Positions 23,620-36,900 of a stretch of DNA of 64,000 nucleotides are shown here, piece by piece. Made by a program: the position numbers and the translations under genes. The DNA comes from Eledone cirrhosa (taxonomy: Eukaryota): assembly GCA_964016885.1 (NCBI GenBank), contig OZ024740.1:389794001-389858000 (forward strand), in the 5' to 3' direction. Under the pieces are notes generated by a model. The model searched no databases, was not told where the DNA came from, and saw nothing but the letters and a program-made list of their open reading frames with translations. How positions within the stretch are numbered: position 1 is the stretch's first letter; the number at the start of each line of letters is the position of its first letter.

Positions 23620-26600
23620 AGAACCTCTATTTATTCATGTTCTGTTGGAGTTAGAACCTCTGTTTATTCATGTTCTGTCGGAGTGAGAACCTCTATTTAT
23701 TCATGTTCTGTCGGAGTTAGAACCTTATTTTTTCATGTTCTGTCGGAGTTAGAACCTCTGTTTATTCATGTTCTGTCTGAGTTAGAACCTCTGTTTATTC
23801 ATGTTCTGTCGCAGTTAGAACCTCTGTTTATTTATGTTCTTTTGGAGTTAGAACCTCTGTTTATTCATGTTCTGACGCAGTTAGAACCTCTATTTATTCA
23901 TGTTCTTTTGGAGTTAGAACCTCTGTTTATTCATGTTCTGTCGGAGTCAGAAACCTCTATTTATTCATGTTCTGTCGGAGTGAGAACCTCTGTTTATTCA
24001 TGTTCTGTAACAGTTAGAATCTCTTGTCGGTGTTAGAACCTCTATTTATTCATGTTCTGTCGGAGTTAGAACCTTTGTTTATTCATGTTCTTTCGGAGTT
24101 AGAACCTCTGTTTATTCATGTTCTGTCGCAGTTAGAACCTCTTGTCGGAGTTAGAACCTCTATTTATTCATGTTCTGTCGGAGTTAGAACCTCTGTTTAT
24201 TCATGTTCTTTTGGAGTTAGAACCTCTGTTTTTTCATGTTCTGACGCAGTTAGAACCTCTATTTATTCATGTTCTGTCGGAGTTAGAAGCTCTCTTTATT
24301 CATGTTCTTTCGAAGTTAGAACCTCTGTTTATTCATTTTCTATCGGAGTTAGAACCTCTGTTTATTCAAGTTCTTTCGGAGTTAGAACCTCTATTTATTC
24401 ATGTTCTGTCGCAGTTAGAATCTCTTGTCGGAGTTAGAACCTCTATTTATTCATGTTCTGTCGGAGTTAGAAGCTCTGTTTATTCATGTTCTTTCGAAGT
24501 TAGAACCTCTGTTTATTCATGTTCTATCGGAGTTAGAACCTCTGTTTATTCATGTCCTTTTGGAGTTAGAACCTCTGTTTATTCATGTTCTGACGCAGTT
24601 AGAACCTCTATTTATTTATGTTCTGTAGGAGTCAGAACCTCTATTTATTCATGTTCTTTTGGAGTCAGAACCTCTGTTTATTCATGTTCTGTCGAAGTTA
24701 GAACCTCTATTTATTCTTGTTCTGTCGGAGTTAGAACTTCTATTTATTCGTGTTCTGTCGGAGTTAGAACCTCTATTTATTCATGTTCTGTCGAAGTTAG
24801 AACCTCTGTTTATTCATGTTCTGTCGGAGTCAGAACCTGTATTTATTTATGTTCTGTCGCAGTTAGAACCTCTATTTATTCATGTTCTGTCGCAGTTAGA
24901 ACCTCTATTTATTCATGTTCTGTCGGAGTAAGAACCTCTATTTATTCATGTTCTATCGGAGTTAGAACCTCTGTTTATTCATGTTCTTTCGGAGTTAGAA
25001 CCTCTATTTATTCATGTTCTGTCGGAGTTAGAACCTCTATTTATTCATGTTCTGTCGCAGTTAGAACCTCTATTTATTCATGTTCTGTCGCAGTTAGAAC
25101 CTCTATTTATTCATGTTCTGTCGGAGTTAGAACCTCTGTTTATTCATGTTCTGTCGGAGTGAGAACCTCTATTTATTCATGTTCTGTCGGAGTTAGAACC
25201 TTATTTTTTCATATTCTGTCGGAGTTAGAACCTCTGTTTATTCATGTTCTGTCGGAGTTAGAACCTCTTGTCGGAGTGAGAACCTCTATTTATTCATGTT
25301 CTTTCGGAGTTAGAACCTCTATTTATTCATATTCTGTCGCAGTTAGAACCTCTATTTATTCATGTTCTGTCGCAGTTAGAACCTCTATTAATTCATGTTC
25401 TGTCGGAGTTAGAACCTCTGTTTATTCATGTTCTGTCGGAGTCAGAACCTCTATTTATTCATGTTCTGTCGGAGTGAGAACCTCGGTTTATTCATGTTCT
25501 GTCGGAGTTAGAACCTCTGTTTATTCATGTTCTTTCGGAGTTAGAACCTCTTGTCGGAGTCAGTACCTCTATTTATTCATATTCTGTCGGAGTCAGAACC
25601 TCTATTTATTCATGTTCTGTCGGAGTTAGAACCTCTATTTATTCATGTTCTGTCGGAGTTAGAACCTCTATTTATTCATGTTCTGTCGGAGTTAGAACCT
25701 CTATTTATTCATGTTCTGTCGCAGTTAGAACCTCTATTAATTCATGTTCTGTCGGAGTTAGAACCTCTATTTATTCATGTTCTGTCGGAGTTAGAACCTC
25801 TGTTTATTCATGTTCTGTCGGAGTTAGAACCTCTATTTATTCATGTTCTGTCGCAGTTAGAACCTCCTGTCGGAGTTAGAACCTCTAATTATTCATGTTC
25901 TGTCGCAGTTAGAACCTCTTGTCGGAGTTAGAACCTCTATTTATTCATGTTATTTCGGAGTTAGAACTTCTATTTATTCGTGTTCTGTCGGAGTTAGGAC
26001 CTCTATACATTCATGTTCTTTCGGAGTTAGAACCTCTATTTATTCATCTTCTGTCGGAGTTAGAACCTATGTTTATTCATGTTCTGTCGCAGTTAGAACC
26101 TCTATTTATTCATGTTCTGTCGGAGTTAGAACCTCTGTTTATTCATGTTCTATCGGAGTTAGAACCTCTGTTTATTGATGTTCTTTCGGAGTTAGAACCT
26201 CTATTTATTCATGTTCTGTCGCAGTTAGAACCTCTTGTCGGAGGTAGAACCTCTATTTATTCATGTTCTGTCGGAGTTAGTACCTCTATTTATTCATGTT
26301 CTGTCGGAGTTAGAACTTCTATTTATTAGTGTTCTGTCGGAGTTAGAACCTCTATACATTCATGTTCTTTCGGAGTTAGAACCTCTATTTATTCATGTTC
26401 TGTCGGAGTTAGAACCTCTATTTATTCATGTTCTGTTGGAGTTAGAACCTCTGTTTATTCATGTTCTGTCGGAGTGAGAACCTCTATTTATTCATGTTCT
26501 GTCGGAGTTAGAACCTTATTTTTTCATGTTCTGTCGGAGTTAGAACCTCTGTTTATTCATGTTCTGTCTGAGTTAGAACCTCTGTTTATTCATGTTCTGT

Positions 26601-29600
26601 CGCAGTTAGAACCTCTGTTTATTTATGTTCTTTTGGAGTTAGAACCTCTGTTTATTCATGTTCTGACGCAGTTAGAACCTCTATTTATTCATGTTCTTTT
26701 GGAGTTAGAACCTCTGTTTATTCATGTTCTGTCGGAGTCAGAAACCTCTATTTATTCATGTTCTGTCGGAGTGAGAACCTCTGTTTATTCATGTTCTGTA
26801 ACAGTTAGAATCTCTTGTCGGTGTTAGAACCTCTATTTATTCATGTTCTGTCGGAGTTAGAACCTCTGTTTATTCATGTTCTTTCGGAGTTAGAACCTCT
26901 GTTTATTCATGTTCTGTCGCAGTTAGAACCTCTTGTCGGAGTTAGAACCTCTATTTATTCATGTTCTGTCGGAGTTAGAACCTCTGTTTATTCATGTTCT
27001 TTTGGAGTTAGAACCTCTGTTTTTTCATGTTCTGACGCAGTTAGAACCTCTATTTATTCATGTTCTGTCGGAGTTAGAAGCTCTCTTTTTTCATGTTCTT
27101 TCGAAGTTAGAACCTCTGTTTATTCATTTTCTATCGGAGTTAGAACCTCTGTTTATTCAAGTTCTTTCGGAGTTAGAACCTCTATTTATTCATGTTCTGT
27201 CGCAGTTAGAATCTCTTGTCGGAGTTAGAACCTCTATTTATTCATGTTCTGTCGGAGTTAGAAGCTCTCTTTTTTCATGTTCTTTCGAAGTTAGAACCTC
27301 TGTTTATTCATGTTCTTTCGAAGTTAGAACCTCTGTTTATTCATGTTCTATCGGAGTTAGAACCTCTGTTTATTCATGTCCTTTTGGAGTTAGAACCTCT
27401 GTTTATTCATGTTCTGACGCAGTTAGAACCTCTATTTATTTATGTTCTGTAGGAGTCAGAACCTCTATTTATTCATGTTCTTTTGGAGTCAGAACCTCTG
27501 TTTATTCATGTTCTTTCGGAGTTAGAACCTCTTGTCGGAGGTAGAACCTCTATTTATTCATGTTCTGTCGAAGTTAGAACCTCTATTTATTCTTGTTCTG
27601 TCGGAGTTAGAACTTCTATTTATTCGTGTTCTGTCGGAGTTAGAACCTCTATTTATTCATGTTCTGTCGGAGTTAGAACTTCTATTTATTCGTGTTCTGT
27701 CGGAGTTAGAACCTCTATACATTCATGTTCTGTCGGAGTTAGTACCTCTGTTTATTCATGTTCTGTCGCAGTTAGAACCTCTGTTTATTCTTGTTCTGTC
27801 GGAGTGAGAACCTCTATTTATTCATGTTCTGTCGGAGTTAGAACCTTATTTTTTCATGTTTTGTCGGAGTTAAAACCTCTGTTTATACATGTTCTTTCGG
27901 AGTTAGAACCACTATTTATTCATGTCCTGTCGCAGTCAGAACTTCTATTTATTTAGGTTCTGTCGGAGTTAGAACCTCTATTTATTCATGTTCTGTCGGA
28001 GTTAGAACCTCTTTGTCGGAGTCAGAACCTCCATTTATTCATGTTCTGTCGGAGTTAGAACATCTATTTATTCATGTTCTGTCGGAGTTAGAACCTCTGT
28101 TTATTCATTTCTTTCGGAGTTAGAACCTCTGTTTATTCATGTTCTATCGGAGTTAGAACCTCTGTGTATTCATGTTCTTTCGGAGTTAGAACCTCTATTT
28201 ATTCATGTTCTGTCGCAGTTAGAACCTCTTGTCGGAGTTAGAACCTCTATTTATTCATGTTCTGTCGGAGTTAGAACCTCTATTTATTCATGTTCTGTCG
28301 GAGTTAGAACTTCTATTTATTAGTGTTCTGTCGGAGTTAGAACCTCTATACATTCATGTTCTTTCGGAGTTAGAACCTCTATTTATTCATGTTCTGTCGG
28401 AGTTAGAACCTCTATTTATTCATGTTCTGTTGGAGTTAGAACCTCTGTTTATTCATGTTCTGTCGGAGTGAGAACCTCTATTTATTCATGTTCTGTCGGA
28501 GTTAGAACCTTATTTTTTCATGTTCTGTCGGAGTTAGAACCTCTGTTTATTCATGTTCTGTCTGAGTTAGAACCTCTGTTTATTCATGTTCTGTCGCAGT
28601 TAGAACCTCTGTTTATTTATGTTCTTTTGGAGTTAGAACCTCTGTTTATTCATGTTCTGACGCAGTTAGAACCTCTATTTATTCATGTTCTTTTGGAGTT
28701 AGAACCTCTGTTTATTCATGTTCTGTCGGAGTCAGAAACCTCTATTTATTCATGTTCTGTCGGAGTGAGAACCTCTGTTTATTCATGTTCTGTAACAGTT
28801 AGAATCTCTTGTCGGTGTTAGAACCTCTATTTATTCATGTTCTGTCGGAGTTAGAACCTCTGTTTATTCATGTTCTTTCGGAGTTAGAACCTCTGTTTAT
28901 TCATGTTCTGTCGCAGTTAGAACCTCTTGTCGGAGTTAGAACCTCTATTTATTCATGTTCTGTCGGAGTTAGAACCTCTGTTTATTCATGTTCTTTTGGA
29001 GTTAGAACCTCTGTTTTTTCATGTTCTGACGCAGTTAGAACCTCTATTTATTCATGTTCTGTCGGAGTTAGAAGCTCTCTTTTTTAATGTTCTTTCGAAG
29101 TTAGAACCTCTGTTTATTCATTTTCTATCGGAGTTAGAACCTCTGTTTATTCAAGTTCTTTCGGAGTTAGAACCTCTATTTATTCATGTTCTGTCGCAGT
29201 TAGAATCTCTTGTCGGAGTTAGAACCTCTATTTATTCATGTTCTGTCGGAGTTAGAAGCTCTCTTTTTTCATGTTCTTTCGAAGTTAGAACCTCTGTTTA
29301 TTCATGTTCTTTCGAAGTTAGAACCTCTGTTTATTCATGTTCTATCGGAGTTAGAACCTCTGTTTATTCATGTCCTTTTGGAGTTAGAACCTCTGTTTAT
29401 TCATGTTCTGACGCAGTTAGAACCTCTATTTATTTATGTTCTGTAGGAGTCAGAACCTCTATTTATTCATGTTCTTTTGGAGTCAGAACCTCTGTTTATT
29501 CATGTTCTTTCGGAGTTAGAACCTCTTGTCGGAGGTAGAACCTCTATTTATTCATGTTCTGTCGAAGTTAGAACCTCTATTTATTCTTGTTCTGTCGGAG

Positions 29601-30240
29601 TTAGAACTTCTATTTATTCGTGTTCTGTCGGAGTTAGAACCTCTATTTATTCATGTTCTGTCGGAGTTAGAACTTCTATTTATTCGTGTTCTGTCGGAGT
29701 TAGAACCTCTATACATTCATGTTCTGTCGGAGTTAGTACCTCTGTTTATTCATGTTCTGTCGCAGTTAGAACCTCTGTTTATTCTTGTTCTGTCGGAGTG
29801 AGAACCTCTATTTATTCATGTTCTGTCGGAGTTAGAACCTTATTTTTTCATGTTCTGTCGGAGTTAAAACCTCTGTTTATACATGTTCTTTCGGAGTTAG
29901 AACCACTATTTATTCATGTCCTGTCGCAGTCAGAACTTCTATTTATTTAGGTTCTGTCGGAGTTAGAACCTCTATTTATTCATGTTCTGTCGGAGTTAGA
30001 ACCTCTTTGTCGGAGTCAGAACCTCCATTTATTCATGTTCTGTCGGAGTTAGAACATCTATTTATTCATGTTCTGTCGGAGTTAGAACCTCTGTTTATTC
30101 ATTTCTTTCGGAGTTAGAACCTCTGTTTATTCATGTTCTATCGGAGTTAGAACCTCTGTGTATTCATGTTCTTTCGGAGTTAGAACCTCTATTTATTCAT
30201 GTTCTGTCGCAGTTAGAACCTCTTGTCGGAGTTAGAACCT
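23620..30240. repeat. Three copies of a block marked by a 34-bp monomer (GTCAGAAACC), including a 1,994-bp tandem duplication (about 26300-28290 and 28290-30240)
   Basis: The 34-bp unit is at 23940-23973, about 26731 and about 28725. Other markers are TGACGCAG, TGTAACAG, TTTTGGAG and TGTAGGAG. Offsets are 2791 (24024 to 26815) and 1994 (26815 to 28809; 28229 to 30223). Confidence 0.9.
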
Positions 30241-30939
30241 CTATTTATTCATGTTCTGTCGGTGTTAGAACCTATGTTTATTCATGTTCTGTCGCAGTTA
30301 GAACCTCTATTTATTCATGTTCTGTCGGAGTTAGAACCTCTATTTATTCATGTTCTGTCGGAGTTAGAACCTCTATTTATTCATGTTCTGTCGAAGATAG
30401 AACCCCTGTTTATTCATGTTCTGTCGGAGTCAGAACCTGTATTTATTCATGTTCTGTCGCAGTTAGAATCTCTTGTCGGAGTTAGAACCTCTATTTATTC
30501 ATGTTCTGTCGGATTTAGAACCTCTATTTATTCATGTTATGTCGGAGTTAGAACCTCTATTTATTCATGTTCTTTCGGAGTTAGAACCTCTATTTATTCA
30601 TGTTCTGTCGGAGTTAGAATCTCTATTTATTCATGTTCTGTCGCAGTTAGAACCTCTATTTATTCATTTTCTGTCGTAGTTAGAACCTCTATTTATTCAT
30701 GTTCTGTCGGAGTTAGAACCTCTGTTTATTCATGTTCTGTCGGAGTGAGAACCTCTATTTATTCATGTTCTGTCGGAGTTAGAACCTTATTTTTTCATGT
30801 TCTGTCGGAGTTAGAACCTCTGTTTATTCATGTTCTGTCGGAGTTAGAACCTCTTGTCGGAGTGAGAACCTTTATTTATTCATATTCTGTCGCAGTTAGA
30901 ACCTCTATTTATTCAATATCTGTCGCAGTTAGAACCTCT

Positions 30940-33900
30940 TGTCGGAGTCAGAACCTCTATTTATTCATGTTCTGTCGGAGTTAGAACCTCTACTTATTCA
31001 TGTTCTGTCGGCGTCAGAACCTCTATTTATTCATGTTCTGTCGGAGTCAGAACCTCTATTTATTCATGTTCTGTCGGAATCAGAACCTCTATTTATTCAT
31101 GTCCTGTCGGAATCAGAACCTCTATTTATTCATGCTCTGTCGGAGTTAGAACATCTATTTATTCATGTTCTGTCGGAGTTAGAACCTCTGTTTATTCATG
31201 TTCTTTCGCAGTTAGAACCTCTATTTATTCATGTTCTGTGGGAGTTAGAACCTCTGTTTATTCATGTTCTGTCGGAGTGAGAACCTCTGTTTATTCATGT
31301 TCTTTCGGAGTTAGAACCTCGGTTTATTCATATTCTGTCGGAGTCTGAACCTCTATTTATTCATGTTCTGTCGGAGTTAGAACCTCTATTTATTCATGTT
31401 CTGTCGGAGTTAGAACATGTGTTTATTCATGTTCTGTCGGAGTGAGAACCTTTATTTATTCATGTTCTGTCGGAGTTAGGATCTTATTTTTTCATGTTGT
31501 GTCGGAGTTAGAACCTCTGTTTATTCATGTTCTGTCGGAGTTAGAACCTCTTGTCGGAGTTAGAACCTCTATTTATTCATGTTATGTCGGAGTTAGAACC
31601 TCTATTTATTCATGTTCTGTCGGAGTAAGAATCCCTATTTATTCATGTTCTGTCGAAGTTAGAATTTCTATTTATTCATGTTCTGTCGGAGTTAGAACCT
31701 CTGTTTATTCATGTTCTGTCGCAGTTAGAACCTCTTGTCGGAGTTAGAACCCCTATTTATTTATGTTCTGTCGGAGTTAGAAGCTCTGTTTATTCATGTT
31801 CTTTCGGAGTTAGAACCTCTATTGATTCATGTTCTGTCGCAGTTAGAACCTCCTGTCGGAGTTAGAACCTCTATTTATTCATGTTCTGTCGGAGTTAGAA
31901 CCTCTGTTTATTCATGGTCTGTTGCAGTTAGAACCTCTATTTATTCATGTTCTGTCGGAGTTAGAACCTCTATTTATTCATGTTCTGTCGGAGTTAGAAC
32001 CTCTATTTATTCATGTTCTGTCGGAGTAAGAACCTCTATTTATTCATGTTCTATCGGAGTTAGAACCTCTGTTTATTCATGGTCTTTCGGAGTTAGAACC
32101 TCTATTTATTCATGTTCTGTCGGAGTTAGAACCTCTATTTATTCATGTTCTGTCGCAGTTAGAACCTCTATTTATTCATTTTCTGTCGAACTTAGAACCT
32201 CTATTTATTCATGTTCTGTCGGAGTTAGAACCTTTATTTATTCATGTTCTGTCGGAGTTAGAACCTCTGTTTATTCATGTTCTGTCGGAGTGAGAACCTC
32301 TATTTATTCATGTTCTGTCGGAGTTAGAACCTTGTTTTTCATGTTCTGTCGGAGTTAGAACCTCTGTTTATTCATGTTCTGTCGGAGTTAGAACCTCTTG
32401 TCGGAGTGAGAACCTCTATTTATTCATGTTCTTTCGGAGTTAGAACCTCTATTTATACATATTCTGTCGCAGTTAGAACCTCTATTTATTCAATATCTGT
32501 CGCAGTTAGAACCTCTTGTCGGAGTCAGAACCTCTATTTATTCATGTTCTGTCGGAGTTAGAACCTCTATTTATTCATGTTCTGTCGGAGTCAGAACCTC
32601 TATTTATTCATGTTCTGTCGGAGTTAGAACCTCTGTTTATTCATGTTCTTTCGGAGTTAGAACCTCTGTTTATTCATATTCTGTCGGAGTCAGGACCTCT
32701 ATTTATTCATGTTCTGTCGGAGTTAGAACCTCTATTTATTCATGTTCTGTCGGAGTTAGAACCTCTATTTATTCATGTTCTTTCGGAGTTAGAACCTCTA
32801 TTTATTCATGTTCTGTCGGAGTTAGAATCTCTATTTATTCATGTTCTGTCGCAGTTAGAACCTCTATTTATTCATTTTCTGTCGCAGTTAGGACCTCTAT
32901 TTATTCATGTTCTGTCGGAGTTAGAACCTCTGTTTATTCATGTTCTGTCGGAGTGAGAACCTCTATTTATTCATGTTCTGTCGGAGTTAGAACCTCTGTT
33001 TATTCATGTTCTGTCGGAGTTAGAACCTCTTGTCGGAGTCAGAACCTCTATTTATTCATGTTCTGTCGGAGTTAGAACCTCTACTTATTCATGTTCTGTC
33101 GGCGTCAGAACCTCTATTTATTCATGTTCTGTCGGAGTCAGAACCTCTATTTATTCATGTTCTGTCGGAATCAGAACCTCTATTTATTCATGTCCTGTCG
33201 GAATCAGAACCTCTATTTATTCATGTTCTGTCGGAGTTAGAACATCTATTTATTCATGTTCTGTCGGAGTTAGAACCTCTGTTTATTCATGTTCTTTCGC
33301 AGTTAGAACCTCTATTTATTCATGTTCTATGGGAGTTAGAACCTCTGTTTATTCATGTTCTGTCGGAGTCAGAAGCTCCATTTATTCATGTTCTGTCGGA
33401 GTGAGAACCTCTGTTTATTCATGTTCTTTCGGAGTTAGAACCTCTGTTTATTCATATTCTGTCGGAGTCTGAACCTCTATTTATTCATGTTCTGTCGGAG
33501 TTAGAACCTCTATTTATTCATGTTCTGTCGGAGTTAGAACCTCTGTTTATTCATGTTCTGTCGGAGTTAGAACCTCTATTTATTCATGTTATGTCGGAGT
33601 TAGAACCTCTATTTATTCATGTTCTGTCGCAGTTAGAATCTCTATTTATTCATGTTCTGTCGGAGTAAGAATCCCTATTTATTCATGTTCTGTCGGAGTT
33701 AGAACTTCTATTTATTCATGTTCTGTCGGAGTTAGAACCTCTGTTTATTCATGTTCTGTCGCAGTTAGAACCTCTTGTCGGAGTTAGAACCTCTATTTAT
33801 TCAAGTTCTGTCTGAGTTAGAACCTCTATTTATTCATGTTATGTCGGAGTTAGAACCTCTATTTATTCATGTTCTGTCGCAGTTAGAATCTCTATTTATT

Positions 33901-36900
33901 CATGTTCTGTCGGAGTAAGAATCCCTATTTATTCATGTTCTGTCGGAGTTAGAACTTCTATTTATTCATGTTCTGTCGGAGTTAGAACCTCTATTTATTC
34001 ATGTTCTGTCGGAGTTAGAACCTCTGTTTATTCATGTTCTGTCGCAGTTAGAACCTCTATTTATTCATGTTCTGTCGGAGTTAGAACCTATGTTTATTCA
34101 TGTTCTATCGGAGTTAGAACCTCTGTTTATTCATGTTCTTTCGAAGTTAGAACCTCTATTTATTCATGTTCTGTCGCAGTTAGAACCTCTTGTCGGAGGT
34201 AGAACCTCTATTTATTCATGTTCTGTCGGAGTTAGAACCTCTATTTATTCATGTTCTGTCGGAGTTAGAACCTCTATTTATTCATGTTATGTCGGAGTTA
34301 GAACCTCTATTTATTCATGTTCTTTCGGAGTTAGAACCTCTATTTATTCATGTTCTGTCGGAGTTAGAATCTCTATTTATTCATGTTCTGTCGCAGTTAG
34401 AATCTCTATTTATTCATGTTCTGTCGGAGTAAGAATCCCTATTTATTCATGTTCTGTCGAAGTTAGAATTTCTATTTATTCATGTTCTGTCGGAGTTAGA
34501 ACCTCTGTTTATTCATGTTCTGTCGCAGTTAGAACCTCTTGTCGGAGTTAGAACCCCTATTTATTTATGTTCTGTCGGAGTTAGAAGCTCTGTTTATTCA
34601 TGTTCTTTCGGAGTTAGAACCTCTATTTATTCATGTTCTGTCGCAGTTAGAACCTCCTGTCGGAGTTAGAACCTCTATTTATTCATGTTCTGTCGGAGTT
34701 AGAACCTCTGTTTATTCATGTTCTGTTGCAGTTAGAACCTCTATTTATTCATGTTCTGTCGGAGTTAGAACCTCTATTTATTCATGTTCTGTCGGAGTTA
34801 GAACCTCTATTTATTCATGTTCTGTCGGAGTAAGAACCTCTATTTATTCATGTTCTATCGGAGTTAGAACCTCTGTTTATTCATGGTCTTTCGGAGTTAG
34901 AACCTCTATTTATTCATGTTCTGTCGGAGTTAGAACCTCTATTTATTCATGTTCTGTCGCAGTTAGAACCTCTATTTATTCATTTTCTGTCGAACTTAGA
35001 ACCTCTATTTATTCATGTTCTGTCGGAGTTAGAACCTTTATTTATTCATGTTCTGTCGGAGTTAGAACCTCTGTTTATTCATGTTCTGTCGGAGTGAGAA
35101 CCTCTATTTATTCATGTTCTGTCGGAGTTAGAACCTTGTTTTTCATGTTCTGTCGGAGTTAGAACCTCTGTTTATTCATGTTCTGTCGGAGTTAGAACCT
35201 CTTGTCGGAGTGAGAACCTCTATTTATTCATGTTCTTTCGGAGTTAGAACCTCTATTTATACATATTCTGTCGCAGTTAGAACCTCTATTTATTCAATAT
35301 CTGTCGCAGTTAGAACCTCTTGTCGGAGTCAGAACCTCTATTTATTCATGTTCTGTCGGAGTTAGAACCTCTATTTATTCATGTTCTGTCGGAGTCAGAA
35401 CCTCTATTTATTCATGTTCTGTCGGAGTTAGAACCTCTGTTTATTCATGTGCTTTCGGAGTTAGAACCTCTGTTTATTCATATTCTGTCGGAGTCAGGAC
35501 CTCTATTTATTCATGTTCTGTCGGAGTTAGAACCTCTATTTATTCATGTTCTGTCGGAGTTAGAACCTCTATTTATTCATGTTCTTTCGGAGTTAGAACC
35601 TCTATTTATTCATGTTCTGTCGGAGTTAGAATCTCTATTTATTCATGTTCTGTCGCAGTTAGAACCTCTATTTATTCATTTTCTGTCGCAGTTAGAACCT
35701 CTATTTATTCATGTTCTGTCGGAGTTAGAACCTCTGTTTATTCATGTTCTGTCGGAGTGAGAACCTCTATTTATTCATGTTCTGTCGGAGTTAGAACCTC
35801 TGTTTATTCATGTTCTGTCGGAGTTAGAACCTCTTGTCGGAGTCAGAACCTCTATTTATTCATGTTCTGTCGGAGTTAGAACCTCTACTTATTCATGTTC
35901 TGTCGGCGTCAGAACCTCTATTTATTCATGTTCTGTCGGAGTCAGAACCTCTATTTATTCATGTTCTGTCGGAATCAGAACCTCTATTTATTCATGTCCT
36001 GTCGGAATCAGAACCTCTATTTATTCATGTTCTGTCGGAGTTAGAACATCTATTTATTCATGTTCTGTCGGAGTTAGAACCTCTGTTTATTCATGTTCTT
36101 TCGCAGTTAGAACCTCTATTTATTCATGTTCTATGGGAGTTAGAACCTCTGTTTATTCATGTTCTGTCGGAGTCAGAACCTCCATTTATTCATGTTCTGT
36201 CGGAGTGAGAACCTCTGTTTATTCATGTTCTTTCGGAGTTAGAACCTCTGTTTATTCATATTCTGTCGGAGTCTGAACCTCTATTTATTCATGTTCTGTC
36301 GGAGTTAGAACCTCTATTTATTCATGTTCTGTCGGAGTTAGAACCTCTGTTTATTCATGTTCTGTCGGAGTTAGAACCTCTATTTATTCATGTTATGTCG
36401 GAGTTAGAACCTCTATTTATTCATGTTCTGTCGCAGTTAGAATCTCTATTTATTCATGTTCTGTCGGAGTAAGAATCCCTATTTATTCATGTTCTGTCGG
36501 AGTTAGAACTTCTATTTATTCATGTTCTGTCGGAGTTAGAACCTCTGTTTATTCATGTTCTGTCGCAGTTAGAACCTCTTGTCGGAGTTAGAACCTCTAT
36601 TTATTCAAGTTCTGTCTGAGTTAGAACCTCTATTTATTCATGTTATGTCGGAGTTAGAACCTCTATTTATTCATGTTCTGTCGCAGTTAGAATCTCTATT
36701 TATTCATGTTCTGTCGGAGTAAGAACCTCTGTTTATTCATGTTCTGTCGCAGTTAGAACCTCTATTTATTCATGTTCTGTCGGAGTTAGAACCTATGTTT
36801 ATTCATGTTCTATCGGAGTTAGAACCTCTGTTTATACATGTTCTTTCGAAGTTAGAACCTCTATTTATTCATGTTCTGTCGCAGTTAGAACCTCTTGTCG

